Positions 1 to 10,995 are shown, numbered from the stretch's first letter. The stretch: DNA of 64,000 bases from Candidatus Omnitrophota bacterium (GCA_023819145.1 JAMWCW010000002.1:11231-75230), one strand, 5' to 3'. Numbers and translations are program-made. The notes: generated by a model not told the origin, from the letters alone.

Positions 1-335
1 GAACAAGGACTGTAGTAACAAATTCTGGCTATAAGGTTGTATTTCAATTGGGGATAAATTTTAGAAATTCTTTTAAAGTAATTTGGTTTTAATTTCGTAA
101 TAATCAAATTTTCTTTTCTTTGCAGAAAATCGTTAATAATAATTAGAAGTTGTTCTATCGTCTTACTGGGAGCATAGATAACTTCAGAAAAACCTTTACG
201 CAAAGCACGGTGTGTGTCGATTTTAGTAAATTCAAGGTTCCGGAAGGGAAGGTTTTTAAGATAATTGGAAAATTCCTCTAAACTAATTTCCTTATTTTTT
301 ATTCTTTTATAGATTTCTTTTATCGTATTTTTCAA
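1..335 (-). CDS. larB: LarB-like nickel-pincer cofactor biosynthesis protein (N-terminal part; runs off window)
   Basis: Not in the ORF track. Manual translation from TTG at 335 gives MKNTIKEIYKR...LPFRNLEFTKIDTHRALRKGFSEVIYAPSKT, which matches the LarB N-terminal motif LPF.DLGFA.ID.HR.LR.GFPEVI...GKT. Confidence 0.8.
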   Translation of the reverse strand, partial: MKNTIKEIYKRIKNKEISLEEFSNYLKNLPFRNLEFTKIDTHRALRKGFSEVIYAPSKTIEQLLIIINDFLQRKENLIITKLKPNYFKRISKIYPQLKYNLIARICYYSPC

Positions 336-358
336 CTATTCGGTACCTGGTAAAATGT

Positions 359-676
359 CTAAAATTTGAAAATAATTATCAAAAGAAGGATGATTAGAAG
401 TATAATAATAATGTAGAAGTCATAGTAATAGAAAAAATCATAAACTATTTCTTTCCAGGAGTATTTAGAATATTCTCTCATCTTATTTTTCTTTTCCAGA
501 AGAGAAGAAGTGATGTTTTTTCTTTTATACTCTTCAATATCTTTAAGTTTGAAACGCAAAAAATTTCCCCCAATACGATAGGCAATAATTTTACCTTCTT
601 CTGCCAATTTATTTACTTCATCTTCTTTGATACCTAAAATCTTTGCGGTTTCCGTCAGGGTAATGAATTTTTCCAT
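359..676 (-). CDS. Excisionase/MerR-like (HTH_17) DNA-binding protein with C-terminal transmembrane helix
   Basis: FITLTETAKILGIKEDEVNKLAEEGKIIAYRIGGNFLRFK is an HTH_17 pattern; hydrophobic C-terminus FYIIIILLIILLLIIIFKF. Confidence 0.8.
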   Translation of the reverse strand: MEKFITLTETAKILGIKEDEVNKLAEEGKIIAYRIGGNFLRFKLKDIEEYKRKNITSSLLEKKNKMREYSKYSWKEIVYDFFYYYDFYIIIILLIILLLIIIFKF

Positions 677-762
677 TTTTAGAAATTTAATCTACTGATT
701 TACAAATCCTTGCTTTGTTATATCAAGCAGTAAAAATTTTTTAATCCTAAATGAGAAAATGA

Positions 763-1290
763 CTAAGTAAGTTTTCCTGCAGAAATCCAATCGTCAATCT
801 TCGCCTTTTCAAACTTCCAGGTGTTTGCTTCTTTAAAAGCAGGAATTTTCCCCTGTTCTGCCCAACTTGCCAAAGAGGCAACATCTACACTGAGATAGGT
901 TGCTACTTCCTCTAAAGAAAGGAAGGGTTTGGAACTGAGCGATTCAGATGGCATTTGGCATACACCGTTAAATATTGCACCGCGTTCTATTTGTAAAGAA
1001 GGAGATTTTATCTCAGCCTTTACTCTGGCAGGAGGAATTATTTTTAATTCTCGGGAGGCAAGAAGAGTTCCATTTACCTTCCCGGCAACAATAATCTCTT
1101 CACCTAAAATATCCGCTTTTACTTCCGCATTCTCCCCAATAATAAGCAGTCCCTTAGTTTCCAATTTTCCTTCAAATTTTCCTTGAATTCTTAAAGTCAC
1201 CGGATCTTTAAAAACCAAATTGCCCTGCATACTGGCATCGATGTCTAAAATATTGGGTTCTTCCTTCTTACCTTTTTTTAAAACTGCCAT
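763..1290 (-). CDS. Bactofilin (polymer-forming cytoskeletal) domain fused to C-terminal excisionase-like HTH
   Basis: Beta-helix repeats GNLVFKDPVTLRIQGKFEGKL...IIGENAEVKADI...LQIERGAIFNGVC, then FLSLEEVATYLSVDVASLASWAEQGKIPAFKEANTWKF; SD GGAGGTG upstream. Confidence 0.85.
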   Translation of the reverse strand: MAVLKKGKKEEPNILDIDASMQGNLVFKDPVTLRIQGKFEGKLETKGLLIIGENAEVKADILGEEIIVAGKVNGTLLASRELKIIPPARVKAEIKSPSLQIERGAIFNGVCQMPSESLSSKPFLSLEEVATYLSVDVASLASWAEQGKIPAFKEANTWKFEKAKIDDWISAGKLT

Positions 1291-1331
1291 ATTTCTTCAC
1301 CTCCTTCTTTAAATAAAATTTTCCGTCCGTT

Positions 1332-1997
1332 TTATTGTTCCCATTTTGCTTTATAAACCCCCTCTATTTTACCAATTTTATTCAATATTTCATCATCATA
1401 TTTATTAGCCCCAAGTTTAAGCCACATTTTAAAACTTACTTTATTTTCCATAAGTCGAACAATTTCAAAATCTCTTATTTCTACATCATAATGAACGAAT
1501 ATTTTTCTGATTTCTTCAAGTTGTTTTAATTCTCCTCTTGTCTCTACTTCAATAAATTTAAACCAATCCTTTTTTAACCAAGTTCTCTCTAACTTGTTTA
1601 ATAAAACCAGGGCAACGAGGGCTAAAATAGTGGTAAAATAAGCAACCTTGTAAAAACCTGAACCTATTGCTAATCCCAATCCCGCTACCGTCCAGAGACT
1701 AGCAGCAGTAGTTAATCCCCTTACCGAAGCGCGAAAACGGAGAATGGTTCCTGCTCCCAAAAATCCTATTCCACTTACCACCTGGGCAGCAATGCGAGTT
1801 GGGTCTACTTCTGCAAGACCTTTATAGATTTCGTAAAGATGCATGGAAGTAAACATAATTAGACAAGAACCCAGACAAACAAGAATGTGTGTCCTTAATC
1901 CTGCTGCCCGACCATGCGCTTCTCGTTCCAGCCCAATTAAACCTCCTAATATAACTGAGAGGATAAGACGTAAAATAATCTCTTTATCGGAGAGCAT
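1332..1997 (-). CDS. MgtC/SapB family membrane protein with C-terminal ACT-like domain
   Basis: GLEREAHGRAAGLRTH, RIAAQVVSGIGFLGAG and GLTTAASLW motifs. Confidence 0.92.
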   Translation of the reverse strand: MLSDKEIILRLILSVILGGLIGLEREAHGRAAGLRTHILVCLGSCLIMFTSMHLYEIYKGLAEVDPTRIAAQVVSGIGFLGAGTILRFRASVRGLTTAASLWTVAGLGLAIGSGFYKVAYFTTILALVALVLLNKLERTWLKKDWFKFIEVETRGELKQLEEIRKIFVHYDVEIRDFEIVRLMENKVSFKMWLKLGANKYDDEILNKIGKIEGVYKAKWEQ

Positions 1998-3015
1998 TTT
2001 CTCCTCCTAGCTCTATAACCGGTTTTGGTTCTAAAGAATAATCAGTTTTTATGTTATCTAGTTTATAAAGTCTATATCCTAATCCTGCAACCATCGCCGC
2101 ATTGTCCATACATAGTTCTCGGCGAGGGAAAAATATTTCTATTCTTTCTCTTTTGGCCATCTCATTCAACCTTTCGCGAAGATAAGAATTTGCGGTTACT
2201 CCTCCTCCTAAGATGAGCCTTCTCGTCTTTTTCATTATACATGCTTGACGAGCTTTTTCAACTAAAACCGAAAAAATACTTTCTTGAAAACTGGCACAGA
2301 TATCGCTAATTTCGTTTACCGTTAAGGGTGTGCCGTTTGCTGTTATTTTCTTTACATGATATAAAACCGCGGTTTTAATACCACTAAAACTAAAATCTAA
2401 AGAATCCTTAAAACTTGCACATTTAAATTTTATTCTACTGTTACCTTTCTTTGCCCATTCTTCGATAGCCGGACCTCCGGGAAAACCTAATCCCAGAATT
2501 TTCGCTACCTTATCAAAAACCTCTCCACACGCATCGTCGCGAGTTTTACCGAGAAGTCTCAAAACATTAAACTCCTTAATATAAAAAAGTTCAGTGTGCC
2601 CTCCGGAAACCACAAGGCCTATAGCAGGAAACTGCGGTTTAAACCCTTTGGTTAAAAACGGTGCATAGAGATGTGCTAAAATATGGTTTACGGGAATCAA
2701 GGGAATATTTAGGCTAAAACTTATTGTTTTCGCCACATTTAAACCAATCATCAATGCTCCCAGAAGCCCTGGGCCATAAGTAGCAGCTACTAAATCTAAA
2801 TCCTTTGGTTCTATTTTTGATTTTTTAAAAACTACGTCAAGAATAGGAATAATAGACTCAAGATGATAACGGCTGGCTGCTTCAGGAATTATTCCTCCGA
2901 ATTTACTGTGAAAATCCAAACTTGAACTTACAATCTGCGAAATAATATTAATTCCTCTCTCCACCACCGCCACAGACGTTTCATCACAAGATGTTTCAAT
3001 ACCTAAAACTAACAT
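1984..3015 (-). CDS. tsaD: tRNA N6-adenosine threonylcarbamoyltransferase TsaD
   Basis: LGIETSCDET, HILAH, VSGGHT, FSFSGIKT, DNAAMVA motifs. Confidence 0.97.
   Translation of the reverse strand: MLVLGIETSCDETSVAVVERGINIISQIVSSSLDFHSKFGGIIPEAASRYHLESIIPILDVVFKKSKIEPKDLDLVAATYGPGLLGALMIGLNVAKTISFSLNIPLIPVNHILAHLYAPFLTKGFKPQFPAIGLVVSGGHTELFYIKEFNVLRLLGKTRDDACGEVFDKVAKILGLGFPGGPAIEEWAKKGNSRIKFKCASFKDSLDFSFSGIKTAVLYHVKKITANGTPLTVNEISDICASFQESIFSVLVEKARQACIMKKTRRLILGGGVTANSYLRERLNEMAKRERIEIFFPRRELCMDNAAMVAGLGYRLYKLDNIKTDYSLEPKPVIELGGENALR
2313..2347. repeat. Degenerate 7-bp tandem array in frame within tsaD
   Basis: + strand cgtttac cgttaag ggtgtgc cgtttgc tgttatt; encodes ITANGTPLTVN. Confidence 0.65.
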
Positions 3016-3017
3016 AT

Positions 3018-4109
3018 TTATTTTAAAAGTTCTGAGAGATAAACAAATTCAATACCCTCCTCCTCCAAAAAAGGAGAGGCTTCTTTAAGGGCTTCTAAAG
3101 TCTTTAAATGCACATGCCCAATCCCAATGGCAAACCCTTTCGTTTGTGCAATGCGAGCAAGTTTATTTAGTTGGTTTTTGATATATTCTACATCATCTAC
3201 ATTATCTAAAAAGACATCACGCTGAACAAACTTTAGGTTCAATGAAGAAGCAATTTCTCGACATACAGAGTTGTTCGTAACCAAGCTATCCAAAAAATAA
3301 AAATTTCTTTTTTTAAGTTCCTTAAGCACTATCCCCATAACTTTTTTATCTTCAGTCGCTCGGGAGCCCTGATGATTGGACACACCTTTTATATTAGGAA
3401 CACTTTTTATGGCACTCTCTAAAATTTTCAATATTTCCTTCTGAGGCATAGAAGTAGTGATTGTGAATTTTTCTTGAGCCTCGGCTTCTTCGTCTTTGGG
3501 TTCCAGAGGAAGATGCAAGATTATTTCTCTACCTTTGTCATTGGCTAAACTGGCAATCTGAGTGGAATAACTTAAATTTGGAAGTATGGAAAATGTAATA
3601 GGCCTATCAAAATTCAGCCAGGAGTCGATATTTCTTATATTGTAGCCAAAATCGTCAATGACAATGGCTACTTTTGCTTTCTTATAAGAAACAGGTACTT
3701 TTATTGTTTCCTTCTTTATTGCCCGCAGCATAAGGGTATAGAGTTTGATATTTCTCAAACCGATATCCATCCGATAAGTATTCTCTTTAACGTTTTTCTC
3801 CCAGAGTAGAATATGTAAACCATTTCTGCGTAATTCTTTTTCTAAAACAGCGCGGAAAGATTCGAAAGAAAAGTCGGAAGATACATTATAGGTTTTGACA
3901 ATAGTCTCAATACGATGAAATCTTATCTTTTTAAACTCATGAACCTCCTTGACCAAGTCGAATGGCTTAATATTAAATTCGGATAAGGCTGTTTTGATAA
4001 AATTGTCTATTTTTGTTATTTTTCTGTTTAATCCATAGGGATTAATAAACAGAAAATAAGAAGGGATTATTATAAGGCCAATAATAATCAGTTTTAATCT
4101 AAAACTCAT
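3018..4109 (-). CDS. Divergent polysaccharide deacetylase family protein (YibQ-like), membrane-anchored
   Basis: AIVIDDFG, HLPLEP, NHQGS, RDVFLD, AIGIGH motifs; N-terminal TM segment; usual position after ctpA. Confidence 0.92.
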   Translation of the reverse strand: MSFRLKLIIIGLIIIPSYFLFINPYGLNRKITKIDNFIKTALSEFNIKPFDLVKEVHEFKKIRFHRIETIVKTYNVSSDFSFESFRAVLEKELRRNGLHILLWEKNVKENTYRMDIGLRNIKLYTLMLRAIKKETIKVPVSYKKAKVAIVIDDFGYNIRNIDSWLNFDRPITFSILPNLSYSTQIASLANDKGREIILHLPLEPKDEEAEAQEKFTITTSMPQKEILKILESAIKSVPNIKGVSNHQGSRATEDKKVMGIVLKELKKRNFYFLDSLVTNNSVCREIASSLNLKFVQRDVFLDNVDDVEYIKNQLNKLARIAQTKGFAIGIGHVHLKTLEALKEASPFLEEEGIEFVYLSELLK

Positions 4110-4112
4110 AAC

Positions 4113-5402
4113 TTATTTTTTCATCCAACGGCTGTAGACTTTTAAACCCTTAAGCAGGTCAATAGCACGTTGAACCTGGTTGTCATAAGCGATGTTTTTA
4201 TCTTCTAAGATTATTTCTTCTTTTTGTTTTTCTATCTGTTCAAATATCTGTTCTGGTTTAAGTGTATTTTTCTTCTCTTTTACTTCAGTTTCTTCAACAA
4301 GTAGAACTTCTACATCAGGTGAAATACCGACACCATGTATAGGGTTACCACCAGGCGTAAAATATTTAGAGGTAGTAAGTCTTACAGCCGAGCCGTCTTT
4401 TAACGGAATAACCGTTTGAACCGATCCCTTGCCAAAGGTTTTATTTCCTAAAAGAATAGCACGATTATGGTCACGTAAACAACCAGCAACAATCTCGGAA
4501 GCAGAGGCACTTCCTTCGTTAATTAATACTACCATGGGATAATCAAGATGAGGCTTTTTTACACGAGCAAAAAACTCTAAATTTTGGTTGGCGATTCTGC
4601 CTTTAGTAAAGACTATTAATTTCCCCGGTTCTATAAACTTCTCTGCTACCGCTACTGCTGAATCTAGTAATCCTCCGGGATTATTTCTTAAATCTAAAAC
4701 CAAACCCTCTATACCTTCTGATTCGAGTTTATTCAACGCCTCTTCTAAATCTTGAGAGGTTCTCTCCTGAAATTCTACTAATCTTATATAGCCAATTTTA
4801 TCTTCAATTAATTTTACCCCTTTAATACTATCTATTTTTATCACCGCACGTTCAATAGTAAAATCAAGGAGTTTTTTATCCTCTTCGCGTAAGACAGTAA
4901 GCTCGACTTTTGTTCCAGGTTCGCCTCTTAATTTTTTAACCGCATCAACTAAATTAATTCCCTTCGTAGATTTACCATCTATCTTTACGATACGGTCTCC
5001 TGCTTTAAGTCCTGCTTTGTCTGCCGGTGTCCCATCTATAGGAGAAATGATTGTAAGCAGTTCATCTTTTATAGAAATAACTATCCCCAAACCTCCAAAT
5101 TCTCCTTCGGTTTCTACCTTTATCTCATTGTATGTGTCCGGATCGAGAAATTGACTGTGCGGGTCAAGAGAAGAGAGCATTCCCTTTAGTGCTCCGTAAA
5201 TTAAATCTTTGGTTTTAACCTCTTCTACATAATTTGAGTGTACCAAAGAAATAGTTTCAGCAAATAGTTCTAACTGTTGATATACATCGGTGTTTTTCTT
5301 GGAATCTTCTTTAGAAAGCTTTATCTTTGCATCCGACTTTAAGGCAAAAAATAGATAAATTGCCAGTATTATAAGCACTGAACCCAACAGTTTCCTACGC
5401 AT
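4113..5402 (-). CDS. ctpA: S41 carboxy-terminal processing protease
   Basis: LDPHS, PDZ domain, DLRNNPGG, SASASEI, TFGKGSVQ. Confidence 0.95.
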   Translation of the reverse strand: MRRKLLGSVLIILAIYLFFALKSDAKIKLSKEDSKKNTDVYQQLELFAETISLVHSNYVEEVKTKDLIYGALKGMLSSLDPHSQFLDPDTYNEIKVETEGEFGGLGIVISIKDELLTIISPIDGTPADKAGLKAGDRIVKIDGKSTKGINLVDAVKKLRGEPGTKVELTVLREEDKKLLDFTIERAVIKIDSIKGVKLIEDKIGYIRLVEFQERTSQDLEEALNKLESEGIEGLVLDLRNNPGGLLDSAVAVAEKFIEPGKLIVFTKGRIANQNLEFFARVKKPHLDYPMVVLINEGSASASEIVAGCLRDHNRAILLGNKTFGKGSVQTVIPLKDGSAVRLTTSKYFTPGGNPIHGVGISPDVEVLLVEETEVKEKKNTLKPEQIFEQIEKQKEEIILEDKNIAYDNQVQRAIDLLKGLKVYSRWMKK

Positions 5403-6831
5403 TGTCCCCCCCTTTCTTCAATTTTGTTTTTAACAATGTGTTTACCCTTACCGGATCGGCTTTGCCTTTGGTTTGCTTCATTACCTGTCCTACAAGAAAC
5501 ATAATAGCATTTTCTTTACCTTTTAAATAATCGTTAACAGAATTAGGATTATTTTTTATAACCTCATCGACTATCTTCTCTAAATCAGATTCGTCAGAGA
5601 TTAAAAAAAGATTCTTTTCTTTTATTATTGTATCAGCATCCTTATTAGTATCCAACATAATTCTCAAGACATCCTTGGCAGTATTACGACTAATCTGTTT
5701 TGCCTGAAGAATCTTTAAAAGACCAATTAGCTTTTCAGATTCTAAGGTGAATTCTTCAATAGGAATTTTCTTCTCGTTTAAATAAGCAAGAACTTCAGTT
5801 GTTAACCAGTTGCTAATCTCTTTGGGATAAGGATATAACTTTGCGCAGGATTCGAAGTAATCTGCCAAGTATTTTGAACGAGTCAGAACTTCTGCATCAT
5901 AAAAAGAAAGACTGTACTCTTTTTGGAAACGTAAACAGCGTTGACGAGGAAACTCGGGAAGAGTATCTTTTATTGACTTTATAACTTTTTCATCAACAGT
6001 AAAAATAACCAAGTCAGGATCAGGAAAGTAACGATAATCATGAGCTTCTTCTTTTGTACGCATCGAGATAGTAATTCCTTCCTCCGCATCCCATAGTCGG
6101 GTTTCCTGAATAACTCTTTCCCCACCATCAAGAATTTTTCTTTGTCGAGAAATTTCAAAATCTAAAGCATCCCTTACCGCCTTAAAAGAATTCATATTCT
6201 TAAGCTCTGTCTTTATACCTAATACTGAAGACCCTTTTTTACGTAAAGAGACATTTGCATCACAACGCAAAGAACCTTTTTCCATATTGCAATCAGAAAC
6301 TTCCAAATATTCTAAAACAGATTTAAGATTTACAAGATATTCGTACGCTTCTTCCGCGGAGTTTATATCGGGTTCAGTAACTATTTCCAAAAGAGGAACA
6401 CCTGCGCGATTATAATCTACAAGGCTATATTCTGGGGTATGGATAAGTTTACCCGCATCCTCTTCTAAATGCACTCTCTTTATACGTATCCGTTTATTTT
6501 TTGTTTCCGTATCAATTTCTAGGTAACCATTTATAGAAAGAGGCATATCATATTGGGAAATCTGATAGTTTTTAGGAAGGTCGGGGTAATAATAATTCTT
6601 ACGGTCAAATTTAAAAAACTCTTTTACTTCACAATTCAAGGCTAAGGCAACTTTAAGGGCATATTCTAAAGCTTTTTTATTTAAAACGGGCAAACTACCA
6701 GGCAAGCCAAGGCATACGGGACAGACAAGAGTATTAGGTTCTGCTCCAAAACTATTAGCACATCCACAAAAAGCCTTAGTTTTGGTCTTTAACTGTAAAT
6801 GGACCTCTAAACCAATAACCGTTTCATACAT
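5395..6831 (-). CDS. gatB: Asp/Glu-tRNA amidotransferase subunit B
   Basis: VIGLEVH, FDRKNYYYPDLPKNYQISQ, DYRYFPDPDL. Confidence 0.98.
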   Translation of the reverse strand: MYETVIGLEVHLQLKTKTKAFCGCANSFGAEPNTLVCPVCLGLPGSLPVLNKKALEYALKVALALNCEVKEFFKFDRKNYYYPDLPKNYQISQYDMPLSINGYLEIDTETKNKRIRIKRVHLEEDAGKLIHTPEYSLVDYNRAGVPLLEIVTEPDINSAEEAYEYLVNLKSVLEYLEVSDCNMEKGSLRCDANVSLRKKGSSVLGIKTELKNMNSFKAVRDALDFEISRQRKILDGGERVIQETRLWDAEEGITISMRTKEEAHDYRYFPDPDLVIFTVDEKVIKSIKDTLPEFPRQRCLRFQKEYSLSFYDAEVLTRSKYLADYFESCAKLYPYPKEISNWLTTEVLAYLNEKKIPIEEFTLESEKLIGLLKILQAKQISRNTAKDVLRIMLDTNKDADTIIKEKNLFLISDESDLEKIVDEVIKNNPNSVNDYLKGKENAIMFLVGQVMKQTKGKADPVRVNTLLKTKLKKGGDNA

Positions 6832-6832
6832 A

Positions 6833-6895
6833 TTAAATTGTTATATTATTTAATTGCTGAATTGCCAAAGTATAAACTCAGTTATTCAGTTACAA
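6833..6895. repeat. 8-bp tandem arrays in gatA-gatB spacer
   Basis: ttaaattg ttatatta tttaattg ctgaattg (6833-6864), followed by opposite-sense cagttatt cagttaca. Confidence 0.6.
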
Positions 6896-6896
6896 T

Positions 6897-8372
6897 TTAC
6901 AACTTCGGTTTCTTATAGTGCCAATCTGTATTTTGTTCATAAGTATATGCGAGACGGAAAATAGTTTCTTCATCAAACGGTTTTCCAATAAGCTGCATTC
7001 CAATAGGAAGCTGGTCATTAGTAAAACCGCAAGGCAGAGATATAGCCGGTACTCCAGCAAGATTTACCGAAATGGTATAGATATCCGAAAGATACATTGC
7101 CAAAGGGTTTTCTGTCTTCTCTCCCATTCTAAAAGGGGGTGTGGGCGATGTAGGAGTAAGGATTATATCGCATTCTTTAAATGCTTCTTCAAAATCCTTT
7201 CTGATAAGCGTTCTTACTTTAAGAGCCCTTAAATAATAGGCATCGTAATAGCCATGGGAAAGCACATAAGTCCCGAGCATAATTCTTCGCTTAGCTTCTG
7301 CTCCAAAACCTTCTTTTCTTGTCCGGCTATAAAACTGAATAATATCGTTAACCGAGGATATATCTTTAGTACGGTATCCATATTGAACTCCATCAAAACG
7401 GGCAAGATTAGAACTTGCTTCGGCAGTGGCAATTATATAATAAGTAGCTACTGCATACTCCGTGTGAGGAAGAGAAACTTCTTTTACTTCTGCCTTCAAA
7501 TCTTTTATCAAAGTGATTGCCTCCTCTATTGCTTTTTTCACTTCTTTATCAATTCCCTCCAAAAAATATTCACGAGGAACACCGATTTTCATCCCTCTTA
7601 TATCTTTGACCAATGCTTTTGTATAGTCAGGGACAGGTATATTAACGGAAGTAGAATCTTTTTCGTCATATCCAGCAATTACATTCATAAGTAAAGCGCA
7701 ATCTTTAACATCTTTAGTGAGTGGACCGATCTGGTCAAGACTGGAGGCAAAAGCTACCAGACCATAACGCGAAACCCTTCCATAGGTAGGCTTAAGTCCC
7801 ACTATCCCGCAGAAACTGGCAGGCTGTCTTATGGAACCTCCGGTATCGGAACCTAAACTTGCTACAGTTTCGTCGCTGGCTACAGCAGCTGCCGATCCCC
7901 CACTAGAACCTCCGGGAACACAAGAGGTATTCCAAGGATTATGTGTTGGCCCATAAAAAGAAGTTTCGCAGGAGGAACCAAAGGCAAACTCATCCATATT
8001 TGCCTTACCAAAAAGAATTGCCCCTTCTCTTTTTAATCTTTCTACTACTGTAGCGTCATAGGGAGGAGAAAACCCTCCCAAAATTTTGGAAGCACAAGTG
8101 GTTGGTTCATCTTTTACACAAATATTATCCTTGATAGTTACAGGAATTCCTTTCAATTTTCCTTCTTTTTGAGGAATATTTTCTAATTCTTTAGTTATTT
8201 TTTCTCGGTTAAAATGCACAAAGGCTTTTATTTTAGGCTCAATCTTTTCAATGTGCGAGAATAAACAATCTATAACTTCCTTTGGATTTAGTTCTTTTGT
8301 TCTATACAATTCTAAAAGTCTATGTATCTTAAGATTTTCTATATTTATGGGCATTCTTTTATCTGTGCTCAT
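6897..8372 (-). CDS. gatA: Glu-tRNA(Gln) amidotransferase subunit A
   Basis: Amidase signature PGGSSGGSAAAV, GSDTGGSIRQPA; RRIMLGTYVLS. Confidence 0.98.
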   Translation of the reverse strand: MSTDKRMPINIENLKIHRLLELYRTKELNPKEVIDCLFSHIEKIEPKIKAFVHFNREKITKELENIPQKEGKLKGIPVTIKDNICVKDEPTTCASKILGGFSPPYDATVVERLKREGAILFGKANMDEFAFGSSCETSFYGPTHNPWNTSCVPGGSSGGSAAAVASDETVASLGSDTGGSIRQPASFCGIVGLKPTYGRVSRYGLVAFASSLDQIGPLTKDVKDCALLMNVIAGYDEKDSTSVNIPVPDYTKALVKDIRGMKIGVPREYFLEGIDKEVKKAIEEAITLIKDLKAEVKEVSLPHTEYAVATYYIIATAEASSNLARFDGVQYGYRTKDISSVNDIIQFYSRTRKEGFGAEAKRRIMLGTYVLSHGYYDAYYLRALKVRTLIRKDFEEAFKECDIILTPTSPTPPFRMGEKTENPLAMYLSDIYTISVNLAGVPAISLPCGFTNDQLPIGMQLIGKPFDEETIFRLAYTYEQNTDWHYKKPKL

Positions 8373-8374
8373 TT

Positions 8375-8689
8375 TTACTCATTTTTTTCAAACAGCATTT
8401 CACACTCAATTATTTTAGGAACTTTAAATTGATTATTCTTTTTATCAGGTGCCATTTTCACTACTGTTTCTATGCTAAGTGATGGTTTTATTTGATCCTC
8501 CCGCAAAACATTTTTTAAAGGAAGAACTCCGGTGGTTGGTTCGACTCCTTTTACGTCTAATTCTCTAAGTTTATTGATGTACTCTAAAATTTTATCTAGC
8601 TGGGAAGTATAACAAGAAAGTTCTTCAGGAGTAAGTTCGATACGTGCTAACTTTGCAATATGTCCTACTTCTTTTAGGGTAATTGCCAT
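8375..8689 (-). CDS. gatC: Amidotransferase subunit C
   Basis: HIAKLARIEL...LRED...FKVPKII; first gene of gatCAB. Confidence 0.95.
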   Translation of the reverse strand: MAITLKEVGHIAKLARIELTPEELSCYTSQLDKILEYINKLRELDVKGVEPTTGVLPLKNVLREDQIKPSLSIETVVKMAPDKKNNQFKVPKIIECEMLFEKNE

Positions 8690-8792
8690 ATTTCTTTTAA
8701 TAAAAAAGCGATAATTTTGTTTTTTTATATACGGCAGTTGAGTTGCAATTATCTTTCTAAGATAGTTTCTTTAAAGATTATCGAATTAGTGG

Positions 8793-8821
8793 ATTATAAC
8801 ACAAGGTATAAAATTCTTCAA
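8793..8821 (-). promoter_or_regulatory. Sigma70-type promoter for gatCAB
   Basis: Minus strand TTGAAG-N17-TATAAT with extended TG. Confidence 0.6.
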
Positions 8822-8823
8822 AT

Positions 8824-8858
8824 ATAAAAAGCCCTGACATTTCGCCAGGGCTTTTTAT
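8824..8858 (-). terminator. Intrinsic terminator after groEL (bidirectional form)
   Basis: ataaaaagccctg-acatttcgc-cagggctttttat perfect inverted repeat with A/T tails. Confidence 0.9.
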
Positions 8859-8899
8859 TATAAAACACACTTTTAGAAAGAACTGCTTCGCTAATCAGA

Positions 8900-10537
<1,638 letters not shown>

Positions 10538-10550
10538 TTATCCTTATCGT

Positions 10551-10613
10551 AATCCAAAACTCAAAACTCTAAATCCTAACATTAGAACTTAGAGTTTTTG
10601 GGTGTTAGGGTTT
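10551..10613. repeat. Inverted pair of 7-bp arrays (hairpin element) between groES and groEL
   Basis: aatccaa aactcaa aactcta aatccta ... ttagagtttttgggtgttagggttt; aaaactctaa pairs with ttagagtttt. Confidence 0.8.
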
Positions 10614-10932
10614 ATGATTTAATTATTGCCAAGATATCTTCTTCTCTTAAAATAAGATATTCTTGTTCATCGATGGTAATTTCTGTACCCGAATATTTAC
10701 CATAAAGAATCTTATCTCCCACTTTTACTTCTAAAGCGCGTAACTCTCCATTCTCTAATACATGACCTTTACCCACTGCCACCACTTCTGCTTCTTGAGG
10801 CTTCTCCTTGGCGGTATCTGGAAGCACTATCCCACTTTTTGTTTTACTCCCTGATTCTAAAGGCTTTACTAAGACACGGTCTCCCAAAGGCTGGACATTT
10901 ACTTTGTTAATTTTAGTAGCTGTTTCCGCCAT
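10612..10932 (-). CDS. groES: Co-chaperonin GroES
   Basis: [31 protein letters not shown]. Confidence 0.99.
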   Translation of the reverse strand: MAETATKINKVNVQPLGDRVLVKPLESGSKTKSGIVLPDTAKEKPQEAEVVAVGKGHVLENGELRALEVKVGDKILYGKYSGTEITIDEQEYLILREEDILAIIKS

Positions 10933-10954
10933 ACTTCATCCCTCCTTTCTCTTG

Positions 10955-10981
10955 TTAGCACTTAGTTTAAATGAGTGCTAA
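10955..10981 (-). promoter_or_regulatory. CIRCE element (HrcA operator)
   Basis: Minus strand TTAGCACTC-ATTTAAACT-AAGTGCTAA, one mismatch to TTAGCACTC-N9-GAGTGCTAA, between promoter and groES RBS. Confidence 0.95.
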
Positions 10982-10995
10982 AATCTTGGTAAAAA

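Noticed and set aside
359-1290. Prophage or integrative element suggested by excisionase-like HTHs
   Set aside because: No integrase, att site, tRNA or phage genes; the HTHs are fused to bactofilin or a TM helix among housekeeping genes.
8690-8790. Possible structured leader (riboswitch or T-box) before gatC
   Set aside because: Only short 7-9 bp inverted matches (cgataat/attatcg) in AT-rich sequence; no recognisable motif.
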